A stretch of DNA of 64,000 nt, taken from positions 63,054,001 through 63,118,000 of the forward strand of contig NC_042997.1 in assembly GCF_006345805.1 (NCBI RefSeq), in the 5' to 3' direction. The notes under the pieces were generated by a model that saw nothing but the letters and a program-made list of their open reading frames with translations, searched no databases and was not told the DNA's origin. Every line of letters begins with the position of its first letter. The first letter of the stretch is position 1. The stretch comes from Octopus sinensis. Taxonomy: Eukaryota. Positions 11,492 to 21,415 of this stretch are shown in pieces. The position numbers were made by a program, and so were the translations under genes.

Positions 11492-12373
11492 ACGGGGTGG
11501 GTGGAGAGTAACTAGGCATTAGAAATTGCTTGTAGAATTTTTAGTATCACTGATGTCATGACGAAAACATATTTTAAACAGATAACACTAATGGAATTTT
11601 TTATTTTCTTATTGTCTTACTTCTTAATTCTTATTTTATTTTCCAGATGGCCGGTCGCTTGACTTTTGAGAAGCGAGCATTACGCTATGAAGTATGGCAT
11701 TCCATTGTTTTGGTTCAGAGATGGTGATACGCATGGAAAAGTAAGCATGCAACACTACGTCCAGAGATAATAAAAATTTGTCATGCAAAGTTGATGACCG
11801 CAGGCTCAGTGAACGATGCAAGAAGTGGCCACCCAACCACATCTGGATCAACAGAGAACGTGGCAACAGTGCAGGGAATGCTTAAATCGCAGCCCGCAAA
11901 AACAAACATGACAAGCAGCGTGTGAAAGTGAACTAACAAGACACACAATACGTACGGTGTTGTACAAAGAATTGAATTTACGTCCGTGGAAACCCCATTA
12001 CCTGCAGGAGCTAAAACCTGAAGAGTTTGACTGCAGAAGTCCAGAACTCCAAGATATCTAGATCTCACTCCATGTGATTTTTACCTGTGGCGTTACACAA
12101 AAGAGGTGTACAAGACAAAAGCTCGAACACGGGAGGACTTGGAGACACGGATTCAGGAGGTTCTCAATGATATCTCAGACGACATCGTTCAGAAGTTTAC
12201 TCATTCCATCCTTGGAAACTTGAGGAAACTTGTTGATGCCACCTGTGCTTCCGTTGAAATATGAAGATTTACTTTCATTTTCCCATGTAATAAAGATCAT
12301 GTACAATTTATTTCAATAAATTTGTAAAAGGAATATGAATTTTATAACCAATAAATACCATTTGAACACTCTA
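11492..12373 (+). mobile_element. Internally deleted Tc1/mariner-superfamily transposon (HTH N-terminus fused to C-terminus; catalytic core lost)
   Basis: ATG at 11647: MAGRLTFEKR...GSVNDARSGHPTT...LRPWKPHYLQELKPEE, then jumps to DLTPCDFYLW...EDLETRIQEV. Left end TA-CGGGGTG resembles TA-CAGGGTG. Confidence 0.8.
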
Positions 12374-12668
12374 GCCAATGTAATCGACTTACTTCTGTAA
12401 GTAATGAAATCGACTTACACCTAGCCGTCTGCCAAAATTTGAAACCTATATATATATATATATTGATGTACATTAATCATTATAATAGGTCTACCAGATT
12501 ACTGTCTGGAATTTTTCTGATAGTAATTAAAACATTCTCAGAGATAAACTAAACTATAATAAAGTCTATAGAATCTTGAGTGTACTTGTCATTCGAATAA
12601 CAAATGAGAAGCAATCTTCACTTGAGATTTCGCTATTACATTTATCAACCAGTTCTCGTTCTCTCACT

Positions 12669-12702
<34 letters not shown>

Positions 12703-13029
12703 ACGTTATAATTATCATCGTCCTCGTCGTCTTCGCTGTCATTTTATACCAGAGTTTATTTTTCCCCAGTATTTTACTCTTTCTTTCTCTCGCCCTTCCT
12801 CCCCCCTCTCTATCTTTCTTCAACGCTTTCTTTACGTCTCTTCAACAAGCAAGGATGTGGTAAACCTGGTCTAAAAGTCAGGCCTTAGGCCGTGCAAGCG
12901 CGCACAAACACGCATACTCATAAGTCTATCTATCTGTCTATCTATCTATTTATCTATCTATCTACCTACCTATATATCTATCTGTTTATATATATATATA
13001 TATATACACAAACACATACACATATATAT

Positions 13030-13197
13030 ATTCAATGGGATGCCATACAGTTTTTGTCTACCAAATTCACTCACAAGGCATTGGTTAGCCCGAGGATATA
13101 GTAGAAGACACTTGCCCAAAGTACTGCCCAGATGAAAGAACGCGAAACATTCTGTTTGCAAAGCGAGCTTCTTAAACACACAACCAAGCCTGCATAA
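13030..13197 (-). mobile_element. OK/OR-type SINE, 5' part
   Basis: Match to ctaccaaatccactcacaagg...gacacttgcccaa...cacacagcc of the full copy. Confidence 0.75.
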
Positions 13198-13300
13198 ATG
13201 TATGTATGTATGTATGTATGTATGTATGTATGTATGTATGTATGTATGTATGTATGTATGTATGTATGTATGTATGTATGTATGTATGTATGTATGTATG
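13198..13300. repeat. (ATGT)n microsatellite
   Basis: Direct reading. Confidence 0.97.
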
Positions 13301-13760
13301 TCAGGTCACTTTCGAGTGCTACTGGCAACATGTAACCCAGTACCACCTGTTGCATGGTCGGGTCGTCGGCGACTAAACCGACAACCCCACCAAGCTTGCT
13401 TGGTGAGGAGGGTATTTATTGGACACTCTGCGGGATGAAAAACAGAGCAGAGGAACTCTTGAGAGACAAAGGCCATCCAATAAATGTCTTAAAGCTGTAT
13501 AATGCGCGGGGACATAAAAATAATCGGACTGAATAGCCGATCGTGCTGTTCAACCATTGGTAGTGAAGGACTCCTAGCCTTTGTTAGGGCATCCTTCTAG
13601 GTGAAGGTAACTCAGGTAACTGGGATAACTCCGACATAAAACCTGCGGCTCAGTGGTTACCGATGATGTTGACTTGTTCTTCTTTTCGGATTATGGCTGC
13701 TGTTGCTTAGTGAGTTGGGATTGACTCAGTGAACAGCCTTTCCTCACTTTTAAAAAAATC
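13301..13760 (+). mobile_element. Possible LINE (RTE-like) 5' UTR fragment
   Basis: GC-richer non-coding block; ctaggtgaaggtaactc...aaaacctgcggctc resembles RTE 5' UTRs. No coding support. Confidence 0.25.
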
Positions 13761-13965
13761 TTCTTGCACAGGCATTGCACGATAACAACATTGATTAAGC
13801 TTCGTGCAATGGCCATACTCGATAACGAGGGGGCAGCCACCATGTATGTATGTATGTATTGATGGATGGATGTGTGTGTGTCTGTGTGTGTATTATTTAT
13901 GTATATGTGTGTGTATATAGTGACCCGCAAAACTTTACAACAGTCAAAAATCCAAGTTTACATAT

Positions 13966-14080
13966 ATTCTTTTCTACTCTAGGCACAAGCCCCGAATTGT
14001 TTTCTGGGGGGGGGGGCAATCGATTAGATTGACCCAGTACGCAACTGATAATTAATTATTGACCATAAAGTCAACCCAGC
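13966..14080 (-). mobile_element. Meta-domain SINE, 3' fragment
   Basis: ttctactctaggcacaag...cccagtacgcaactg matches the family tail. Confidence 0.7.
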
Positions 14081-14984
14081 AATCAGAATTACATAATAAA
14101 GAACGGAAACAGTTTTGTATGGAAAATGTTGAAATTCAAAACACAAAAGTTTACAACTTATTTAACTGAATGGAATAATTTTTCCAGATATTTCGAATAA
14201 AAATGATTTTTTTCCAGAATATCTACAGTGTTCTAGAAGACTCGGAAAGTTTCATTTGGGAGCATTTATAGCAATTGAATCAATTCTGACAATATAATCA
14301 TGGGTAAAAATAAACAAATTATTCAAATTATATACGTATGTGTATGTATTTCGTGTGTATATGTGTGCACGCGTGCATGTGCAGATATAAAAATCCTTCC
14401 GCATTTTTCGTCTAGCGAATCCCCTTCACAATATCCAAGTCAACCTTAAGCAACAATTGAAGAGCCATGCCCTAGATGCCAAACAAGATCATGTTGCCAT
14501 CAGGGCTAAGATCACAACAATGTCTCTCTTTGTTTTTCATGCTAGATCATATACGCATTTCTTTTATTTCCTTAGTTGTCAAGATAAATGATTTAGAAAG
14601 GTCCAAATAATCTCAGATGGTTGTTTGATTTTCTATCACTATGCAATCACTTTGGCCGTATTTATACAACAATCTCTAGAGGTATTCTAAGAATTTATAT
14701 GATGAGTTCTTGGTTTTGTTAAAGGCATTTGTAAACATTGTTCAGATATATGAGTTATATGAATATATTACCCCACATCTGTTTCTAATATACATGCATA
14801 CATACACACACAGACATGTATACATATATACACACATACATGCATACATACATACATACACACATACACACATATATATGTACACACACACATTTTATTT
14901 GTTGTTGTGTTTTAGGCGTTTGTCTGTAGCCATGTCTTTGATGACTTCTCGTCAAACAAATCGATCCGAGTATTTATTTTTTTA

Positions 14985-15232
14985 AAATTCTGATACTTAC
15001 TTGATCGCACTCTTTCGCGAAACAGCTGAGTTATTGGAAGGTAAACAAACCAACACTGGTGGTTTTATGTATCTTATACACTCACACACGCACACACAGC
15101 GGGATTCAGCACAGTTTCCGCTCACCAATTTCACTCGCAAGACATTGATCGACTCAAAGCTATATAAGGAGAAACTACGGGGTTGAACATGAACTATGTG
15201 GTTGCAAAGCGTACTTCTTAACCACACAGCCG
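14985..15232 (-). mobile_element. Old OK/OR-type SINE
   Basis: Diverged but collinear with the full copy, ending ttcttaaccacacagcc. Confidence 0.6.
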
Positions 15233-15439
15233 TTTATCCCCACTACAAATACCACCACACCAAAATATGGCTATTATATTTTAAAAACTAGGTGCGTTTT
15301 GTGTAATTTGTTTTTCCATTATATTTAGAAATCGAAAAGGGAGGGTGAGAGAAAAGAAAGAACTGGTGAGCTGGGTAGCGAGATGTCGGTAGCGACAAAT
15401 GTAGATAAGTGGGAAGTAGCAACGGAACATATACTACTG

Positions 15440-16385
15440 ATAAAGAAGGAGAGAGAGAGAGAGGAGAGAGTGGGGGAGAATGTCGACAGGGGGAGAGAGA
15501 CAGCAAGACAAGGGGAAGGAGGGAGACAGAAAGAGGACGGCATGAGGAAAAGTGAGATAGAGATGGGAAGAGAGGAGGGAGATAAAGACTTGGAGGCAGG
15601 GGAGAGAGATGAAGGATTGAGGGAGAGGGAGAGGAGGCAAGGAGAGAGAGAGGGAGGGGAGGATTGAAGGAGAGAGAGAGGAGGCAAGGAGAGAGGAAGA
15701 CAGAGAGACAAGACAGGAAGTGAGAGAGGAGGCAAGGGGAGAGGGAAACAGAGAGACAGGGAGAGAGAAAGAGCTGGGGGAGGGAGAGAGAGATATAAGA
15801 AGAGAAGAGGACCAGACGGTAAAAGGAAGAGAGAGATGAGGAGGGAGGGAGGGAGAGAGAGACGGGTGGCAGGGGAGGGAGGGAGGGAGGGAGAGAGAAA
15901 CGGGTGGCAGGGGAGGGAGATGGGGATTGAAGGTGAGAGAGCAGATAGAGAGTGAGAGGAAAGAGAGAAGCGACAGGGGGAGAGGGAGACAGGGAGAGAG
16001 ATATGGAGTAAGGAGGGAGAGAGAGGGGGAGAGTGCGAGAAGATGGTGGGAGGGAAAAGGGATAGAGAAATAAGGAGGGAAAGAAAGAGAGAAGGGAACG
16101 GAGAGAGAGAGGAATTGAAGGAGAGAAGGAAAGGCAGACAGAAGGAGGGTTTGAAAGAGAGAGAGAAAGAAAGGCAGGGAGAGAGAATGAGAAAAAGAGA
16201 GGAGGCACAGGGAGAAGAAGACAGGGAGACAGTGAGAGTGAGAGAGATGGGGGATTGAAGGAGAAAGAGGAGAGATAGATAGATATAGATAGATTGATAG
16301 ATAGATAAATAGATATATAGAGAGAGAAAGAGCGAACGAGAGAGAGAGAGAGTGAGAGAAAGAGAGAAAGAACGAGAGAGAAAGT
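15440..16385. repeat. ~950-bp polypurine (GA-rich) cryptic satellite
   Basis: Plus strand almost entirely G/A with recurrent GGATTGAAGG and GAGGAGGCAAGG motifs; accounts for three overlapping S/L/P-rich ORFs. Confidence 0.92.
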
Positions 16386-16599
16386 GACACATTCTGCAGC
16401 CGTCGTAATGTATCTTGTGATGTTGTAGAAAGAGCAGACGACATAATATATCTATCATGTGACGTAATTGAAAGAGCAGACAAGATGTCACGCGACCAAC
16501 AACAGAACTGATAGGATGAAATGCTTTATTTTGTTTATTATTGTACGTCATAGGTGTATTGTCATTTTGATGTTAATCAGGTTCTAAGCATTTTTAAGA

Positions 16600-16910
16600 A
16601 AAAAATGTTGGGAAAGAAAAATATATATAAAGAGAGTATCGAAATGTTATAAAATCAGAATCCTTTGCCCTTGTCATAAGGGAAAGAGAGGAACAGGATG
16701 AACCAATCTAAATCAAGATCCTTATTGTTGTCTTTAAGATAAACCAATTTACTAAGCCCTGTGCAACTGCGTTAATTCCCATATAGTTAGAGTTGCCTTC
16801 TCCAACATAAAGAATGTTTCACAAATTATATCTTCTCATAATACCAGTCTGCTAAATAAAAGTTCATTTACTGAGAGTTCCAACATAAATTTTGTTAATA
16901 CCAGCCCTTC
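16600..16910 (-). mobile_element. PLE GIY-YIG endonuclease fragment (decayed)
   Basis: Minus strand RSCTGLSKLVYLKDNNKDLDLDWFILFLSFPYDKGKGF; 16656-16774 is an inverted homolog of 17842-17960. Confidence 0.75.
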
Positions 16911-16911
16911 C

Positions 16912-16970
<59 letters not shown>

Positions 16971-16973
<3 letters not shown>

Positions 16974-17530
16974 TATGCCCTGATGCAGTACCAGGCAGTG
17001 GCTCTCATGGCTTCTGATCTTAACTGATTGGAAGTGTTATCATGTACATTGTTTTGTCTTGGTATAAAAGATGGGCTACAGCAAATATTCTGCTCAATAC
17101 CACAGATTTGCTTGTCAGTTGTTTGACCTTAACCAGTTGAGCATGTCCCTTAGTGGCTGACGATATGTGCATCTCTGATCACGAGCAGAAGTAGTGGGGG
17201 AGCATCATAGCCATGTGTTGAGAAGGATTCTTTGGGGTTTGAATAATTCACCTCTGGAAACATGGGTGTTTCGTTCAACATCCTTAAACAACCCTTATTC
17301 AGGGACCTTTTGAGTGGGATGAGTTACTCGATCTGAAGAAAATTCTAACTGGGCTCCACCTGCAAGGTCATGTGCTGGTTATCTTGATATGAGATCACCA
17401 TGTCGCGCACATATGGTTGTGATGCATGTGCCTGGTGTACCCTTATCCGACGGGTAGTCATGATGGGTATACTGGGCTTCGTATATTTTACCCCAGTGTC
17501 ACTTTGATGGCATGCTCTGCTCGCTCACTC
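16971..17530 (+). mobile_element. ~560-bp non-coding retroposon in an (AAT)n tract, copy A
   Basis: Six homologous copies in this window, all bounded by (AAT)n with the same 3' end (ctctc(t/g)cactc-AATAAT). Strand assigned from the 5'-truncation pattern. Confidence 0.85.
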
Positions 17531-17568
17531 AATAATAATAATAATAATAAAACTACTGAATAATAATG

Positions 17569-17610
<42 letters not shown>

Positions 17611-17652
17611 TAATAATAATAATATAATAATAATAATAATAATATAATAATA

Positions 17653-18054
17653 ACTATAGTTTTGGTCTCCGAGGACAACCCCAACAGAATTAAATTTATC
17701 TCTAATAATTCTAAGATTAATAATTCTATATACTAATGTAAAATTACTTCCGGTACCGATGTCTATTTATGTATTGGCACTTCCTCTTCCCAGTTACCTA
17801 AGAGAATTTTCAATCATTATTCTTCATTTAGGGATAGCAGTAAACGCAGTTGCACAGGGCTTGGTAAATTAGTTTGGTACTTTAAAGACAACAAGGATTT
17901 TAATTTAGATTGGTTCATCCTGTCCATCACTTTCCCTTATGACAAGAGCAAAGGGTTCTGTAACATTTGCAACTATGAACTCTTCTATATTCTCTTCTCT
18001 AAGAATCACCTTGTTAACACACTTATAGAACGATCTTACAAATGTAAGCACTAG
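17653..18054 (+). mobile_element. PLE GIY-YIG endonuclease domain and C-terminus
   Basis: SIY*CKITSGTDVYLCIGTSSSQLPKRIFNHYSSFRD...LVWYFKD...DWFIL...CNICNYE...LVN...KCKH*; stop-free from 17737 to 18054. Confidence 0.85.
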
Positions 18055-18071
18055 CAGAAACAAACCTTTAA

Positions 18072-18109
<38 letters not shown>

Positions 18110-18325
18110 AGTCTGTATAGTTTGAACATTTAGTTCACCTTGCTCTCTACTTCAATAGAGAAATCTACTTCCAAGCCTTTGAACATTTTTTCGACCAACA
18201 TATCATTCTATATTTCTCCTTTATTTGTTCTGTACTTATTATTTCTTTACCCTTTCTCTTCCTATGGTCTACCTTTGACGTCAGATCTACTAACGGTTAT
18301 TTTAAAAATACTTAATAGCGTCCTG
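18110..18325 (-). mobile_element. PLE reverse-transcriptase fragment immediately 3' of the hammerhead
   Basis: Minus strand EKMFKGLEVDFSIEVESKVN resembles the PLE RT segment before the VNFLD motif. Confidence 0.5.
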
Positions 18326-18563
18326 TTTACTTTCGATATATGTTTCGAAGGGAACATTGGTTTTATTCCGAAGGAATAAACGGTGTAAAATAATGTAATC
18401 TTCTCTTCAGGAAATAAAGAGAACCTATCTTAACAACAAGACGTTATAACAATTTTGATGACTGCATAAATTATAAACAGTACGCTATTAAGTATTTTTA
18501 AAAAAATCATTAGTAGATCTGACGTCAAAGGCAGATCCTAGGAAGAGAAGGGGTAAAGAAATA
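18240..18563. repeat. Inverted repeat: 90-bp arms (18240-18329 / 18474-18563), 144-bp spacer
   Basis: Hand alignment: 8 differences in 90 bp. Confidence 0.92.
18326..18418 (-). ncRNA. Type I hammerhead ribozyme motif (PLE type)
   Basis: Minus strand TTTATTTC-CTGAAGA-GAAG-[loop with 8-bp hairpin TTTATTCC/GGAATAAA]-CTTC-GAAA-CATATA-TC^GAAAGTAAA. Canonical core, G10.1-C11.1 stem II, stem I 4+4 bp with one bulge, near-palindromic stem III ACATATAT; predicted cut between 18335 and 18334. Confidence 0.82.
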
Positions 18564-18789
18564 TATGTATATATATATATATATTCATAAACACACACAT
18601 ATATATATAGACACATACACACACGCACGCACCCACACACACACATACACACACATAGAATACTGAAGAAGTAAATTGTATAGTTATCCACTTTATACAG
18701 CACAACTAATTAGCGCTCTAACAGACCTTCAGCAATATAAAACTAAGAAAGAAAGAAACAAATTTGAAAAGTCGGTATTCATATTCATT

Positions 18790-19440
18790 TAACCCTTTTC
18801 AAATTATCGAAATTCTCCACAATATATATAGAATGATATTTATGGCCTAGTTGGAAGTTCCTATCGATAATTCTCAAAAATAATTTAGGGAGGTTTCTGA
18901 CCTGGAGAGAAAAGGGAGGTGTGAATCATAATTTCCCGTCTCCTCCCCGAGTTGTTCCTATTCTGCCCAGTGTAGTTACTGTTCTTTCAATTAAATAAAT
19001 TAGAGTATCTTCGAAAATGTTGTTGGTTCGTATATTCGGGGAGTGGGGGTAGGTGGGAGTGTTTATTGGAGGTGTGTCGATGTATAAATTCGCAATATTT
19101 AGAAAACGTTTACCTAATTTATTTTTAAATATTGTGTTCTTAGTATAATATATTTTTCTTTTCAATCCACTGTCTTTTAATGCTGTATTATAAAGGGGTG
19201 CAAAATCATCGAAGATCTTTTCGTTTGCAGATAAGTTAGATATTCTCAGCGACACACCTTTGATTATCCTCTTAATGATACTTTGGGGATGATTTGATAA
19301 GGCGTGGATATACTTAATAGTTTTATTAGGCATATGGAAAGAAGAGAATAAGCCGTTATCTAGATGTTAATGTTACATTCAGTATATTAACACATTTAGT
19401 GACATTTTCGAATATAATATCTAAGTTGTATAACTTTGAT
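18790..19440 (-). mobile_element. PLE RT C-terminus/thumb plus RT-EN linker (decayed)
   Basis: LDIIFENVTKCVNILNVTL, MPNKTIKYIHALSNHPQSIIKR...RISNLSANEKIFD...YNTALKDSG, *FTPPF, NLPKLFLRIIDRNFQLGHKYH (WFNPPF-type linker of C-terminal-EN PLEs). Confidence 0.85.
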
Positions 19441-19467
19441 ATATATTTATATATATTCTCTCTTTCT

Positions 19468-19765
19468 TTTCTCTTTTACTTGTTTCAGTCATGTGACTCT
19501 GGCCATGCTGGAGCACCGCCTTTAGTCGAGCAAATCGACCCCATGTCTTATCCTTTGTAAGCTTAGTACTTATTCTATCGGTCTCTTTTACCGAACCGCT
19601 AAGTTACGGGGACGTAAGCACACCAGCATGGGTTGTCAAGCGATGTAGGGGGAACAAACACAAACACACAAACATACTTACACACATACATATATATACA
19701 TATATACGACGGGCTTCTTTCAGTTTCCGTCTACCAAATCCACTCACAAGGCTTTGGTCGGCCCT
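19468..19765 (-). mobile_element. OK/OR-type SINE, 5'-truncated
   Basis: High similarity to 20889-21298; a small direct duplication (ttggtcggccctaggagtt...) follows at 19754-19819. Confidence 0.88.
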
Positions 19766-19925
19766 AGGAGTTACAGTTTTGGAGTTTTGGTCGGCCCTAG
19801 GAGTTCCATTTTGGAGTTCCAGTATTTCCTTCTCATCGATATAATGGATATAGTTATAGTAATATATCAAATAAAATGGAGTGTTTTAACAGAGCATAAT
19901 CAATTTATTTACATTTTATCAATAA

Positions 19926-19970
19926 TATAAGTTTACGATCGTTTCCATATTAATCTTCATTCAACTTACA
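19926..19970 (-). ncRNA. Decayed hammerhead-like motif
   Basis: Minus strand TGTAAGTT-gaa-TGAAGA-ttaatatg-GAAA-CGATCG-TA^AACTTATA: 8-bp stem I, perfect palindromic stem III ACGATCGT, GUA triplet. C3 and stem II are corrupted. Confidence 0.45.
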
Positions 19971-20539
19971 ATTAAAATTGCATTATGAAATAACGAAAGT
20001 AGATATTTCTTCAGGGAGAAAATTGACACATTTGTTTTTACATCCTAACAGATTGAGCATTCATCAACTGACTAAAATAGCAGCATGCGTTTATTTATGT
20101 GTGAGTGTGTGTGCGTGTGTGAGTGCGTGTGTTAGCATGTTTGAAACAAAGAAACCGTTATAGGTGTATTTTTATTTTTCGCTTATCTATTTATCAATAA
20201 GTAAATCTATTTATTTCGCTTTAATTTATACTATTAATAGTGAGAACTTGAATTGATATTTTTATTAATTTATTAATTATTTTGTAGGTGTGTTAGTGTC
20301 TAGGGTTAATTTCTATATTTAATTAAATTAATTTAATTTAGTCGGGGTATTGTTTTCTATGTATCACGTGACTGGGTTAAACTTTACTTTTGTTTTCTGT
20401 TATATGGTGACTGTGTCTTACCTCACAAGGACTTGAGCGATATTGTTATTATTTGACTTACATCTTAGACTTATATTCTAGAAATTGAATTTTTATATAT
20501 TCTCTTTTAGATCTACAGTTATTTAATTTTCTTTTCTAA

Positions 20540-20888
20540 TTGTATTTCTTAAGTATGAATTAAATCGCGTGTGGGCAGGATCATCTTCTTTCTGTTATAC
20601 TGTTTATAAGTTTGTGCTTAGACGTTATTACCTGGAAAATTTCCTCAACATAGTCATAACTCTTGTCCCATGATATAAAATTTTGCTCAGCTAATTACTT
20701 CCCAATTTAGCTTATATTCATTGTTTATATCTTTTCCCTCCCCTAGTAATCTGCTTAAGCTGGTGCTATCTATTTTATTCTTGTCTTTAAAAGTGTTTTC
20801 ATGGTTAGCTAGTCTTCTCTTTATGTAATTTCAGTGGCGCCTATATAGTGGTAATTTTGTCCCTCAGGTTCTACTCCACACTTATACT
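20540..20888 (-). mobile_element. PLE GIY-YIG endonuclease domain (second family, decayed)
   Basis: YKCGVEPEGQNYHYIGATEIT...LANHENTFKDKNKIDSTSLSRL...YKLNWEVIS...SCPH; frameshifted. Confidence 0.8.
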
Positions 20889-21298
20889 CTTTACTCTATA
20901 CTCTTTTACTTGTTTCAGTCATTTGACTGCGGCCATGCTGGAGCACCACCTTTAATCGAGCAACTCGACCCCAAGACTTATTCTTTGTAAGCCCAGTACT
21001 TATTCTATCTTCTTTTGCCGAGCCGCTAAGTGACGGGGACATAAATACACCAGCATCGGTTGTCAAGCGATGTTGGATGGGACAAACACAGACACAAACA
21101 TACACGCACACACACATATATGTATTACATATATACGACGGGCTTCTTTCAGTTTCCGTCTACCAAATCCACTCACAAGGCTTTGGTCGGCCCGAGGCTA
21201 TAGTAGAAGACACTTGCCCAAGATGCCAAGCAGTGGGACTGAACCCAGAACCATGTGGTTGGTTAGCAAGCTACTTACCACACAGCCACTCCTGCGCC
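20889..21298 (-). mobile_element. Full-length OK/OR-type tRNA-derived SINE
   Basis: Minus strand AGGCGCAGGAGTGGCTGTGTGG (A box)...GGTTCAGTCCC (B box), CORE-like CTTGGGCAAGTG, internal (TG)n, 3' end GACTGAAACAAGTAAAAGAGTA. Confidence 0.92.
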
Positions 21299-21368
21299 TT
21301 ATGTATTTAACTTTTTGACAAAGATGTAAATAAATTGATTATACCCTGTTAAAGCACCATTTTATTTA

Positions 21369-21408
<40 letters not shown>

Positions 21409-21415
21409 TATATAT

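Noticed and set aside
14560-14690. Strong polypyrimidine-AG acceptor (tttcttttatttccttag)
   Set aside because: All frames close within ~40 nt and there is no good donor.
15288-16551. Three overlapping long ORFs (306-408 aa)
   Set aside because: Translations of the GA/CT low-complexity tract, open in several frames only because stops are compositionally absent.
18655-18782. GAATA-CTGAAGA...GAAA...TATTC arrangement
   Set aside because: No U16.1-H17 site and no stem II or III pairing.
18790-20888. EN upstream of RT on the minus strand, suggesting a permuted (Naiad-like) PLE
   Set aside because: The RT piece ends in the linker that normally leads to a C-terminal EN, and the EN piece ends at its own C-terminus; separate tandem fragments explain the order.
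20889-21298. tRNA-like A and B boxes (also in Meta-SINE heads)
   Set aside because: SINE heads followed by SINE bodies; no complete cloverleaf.
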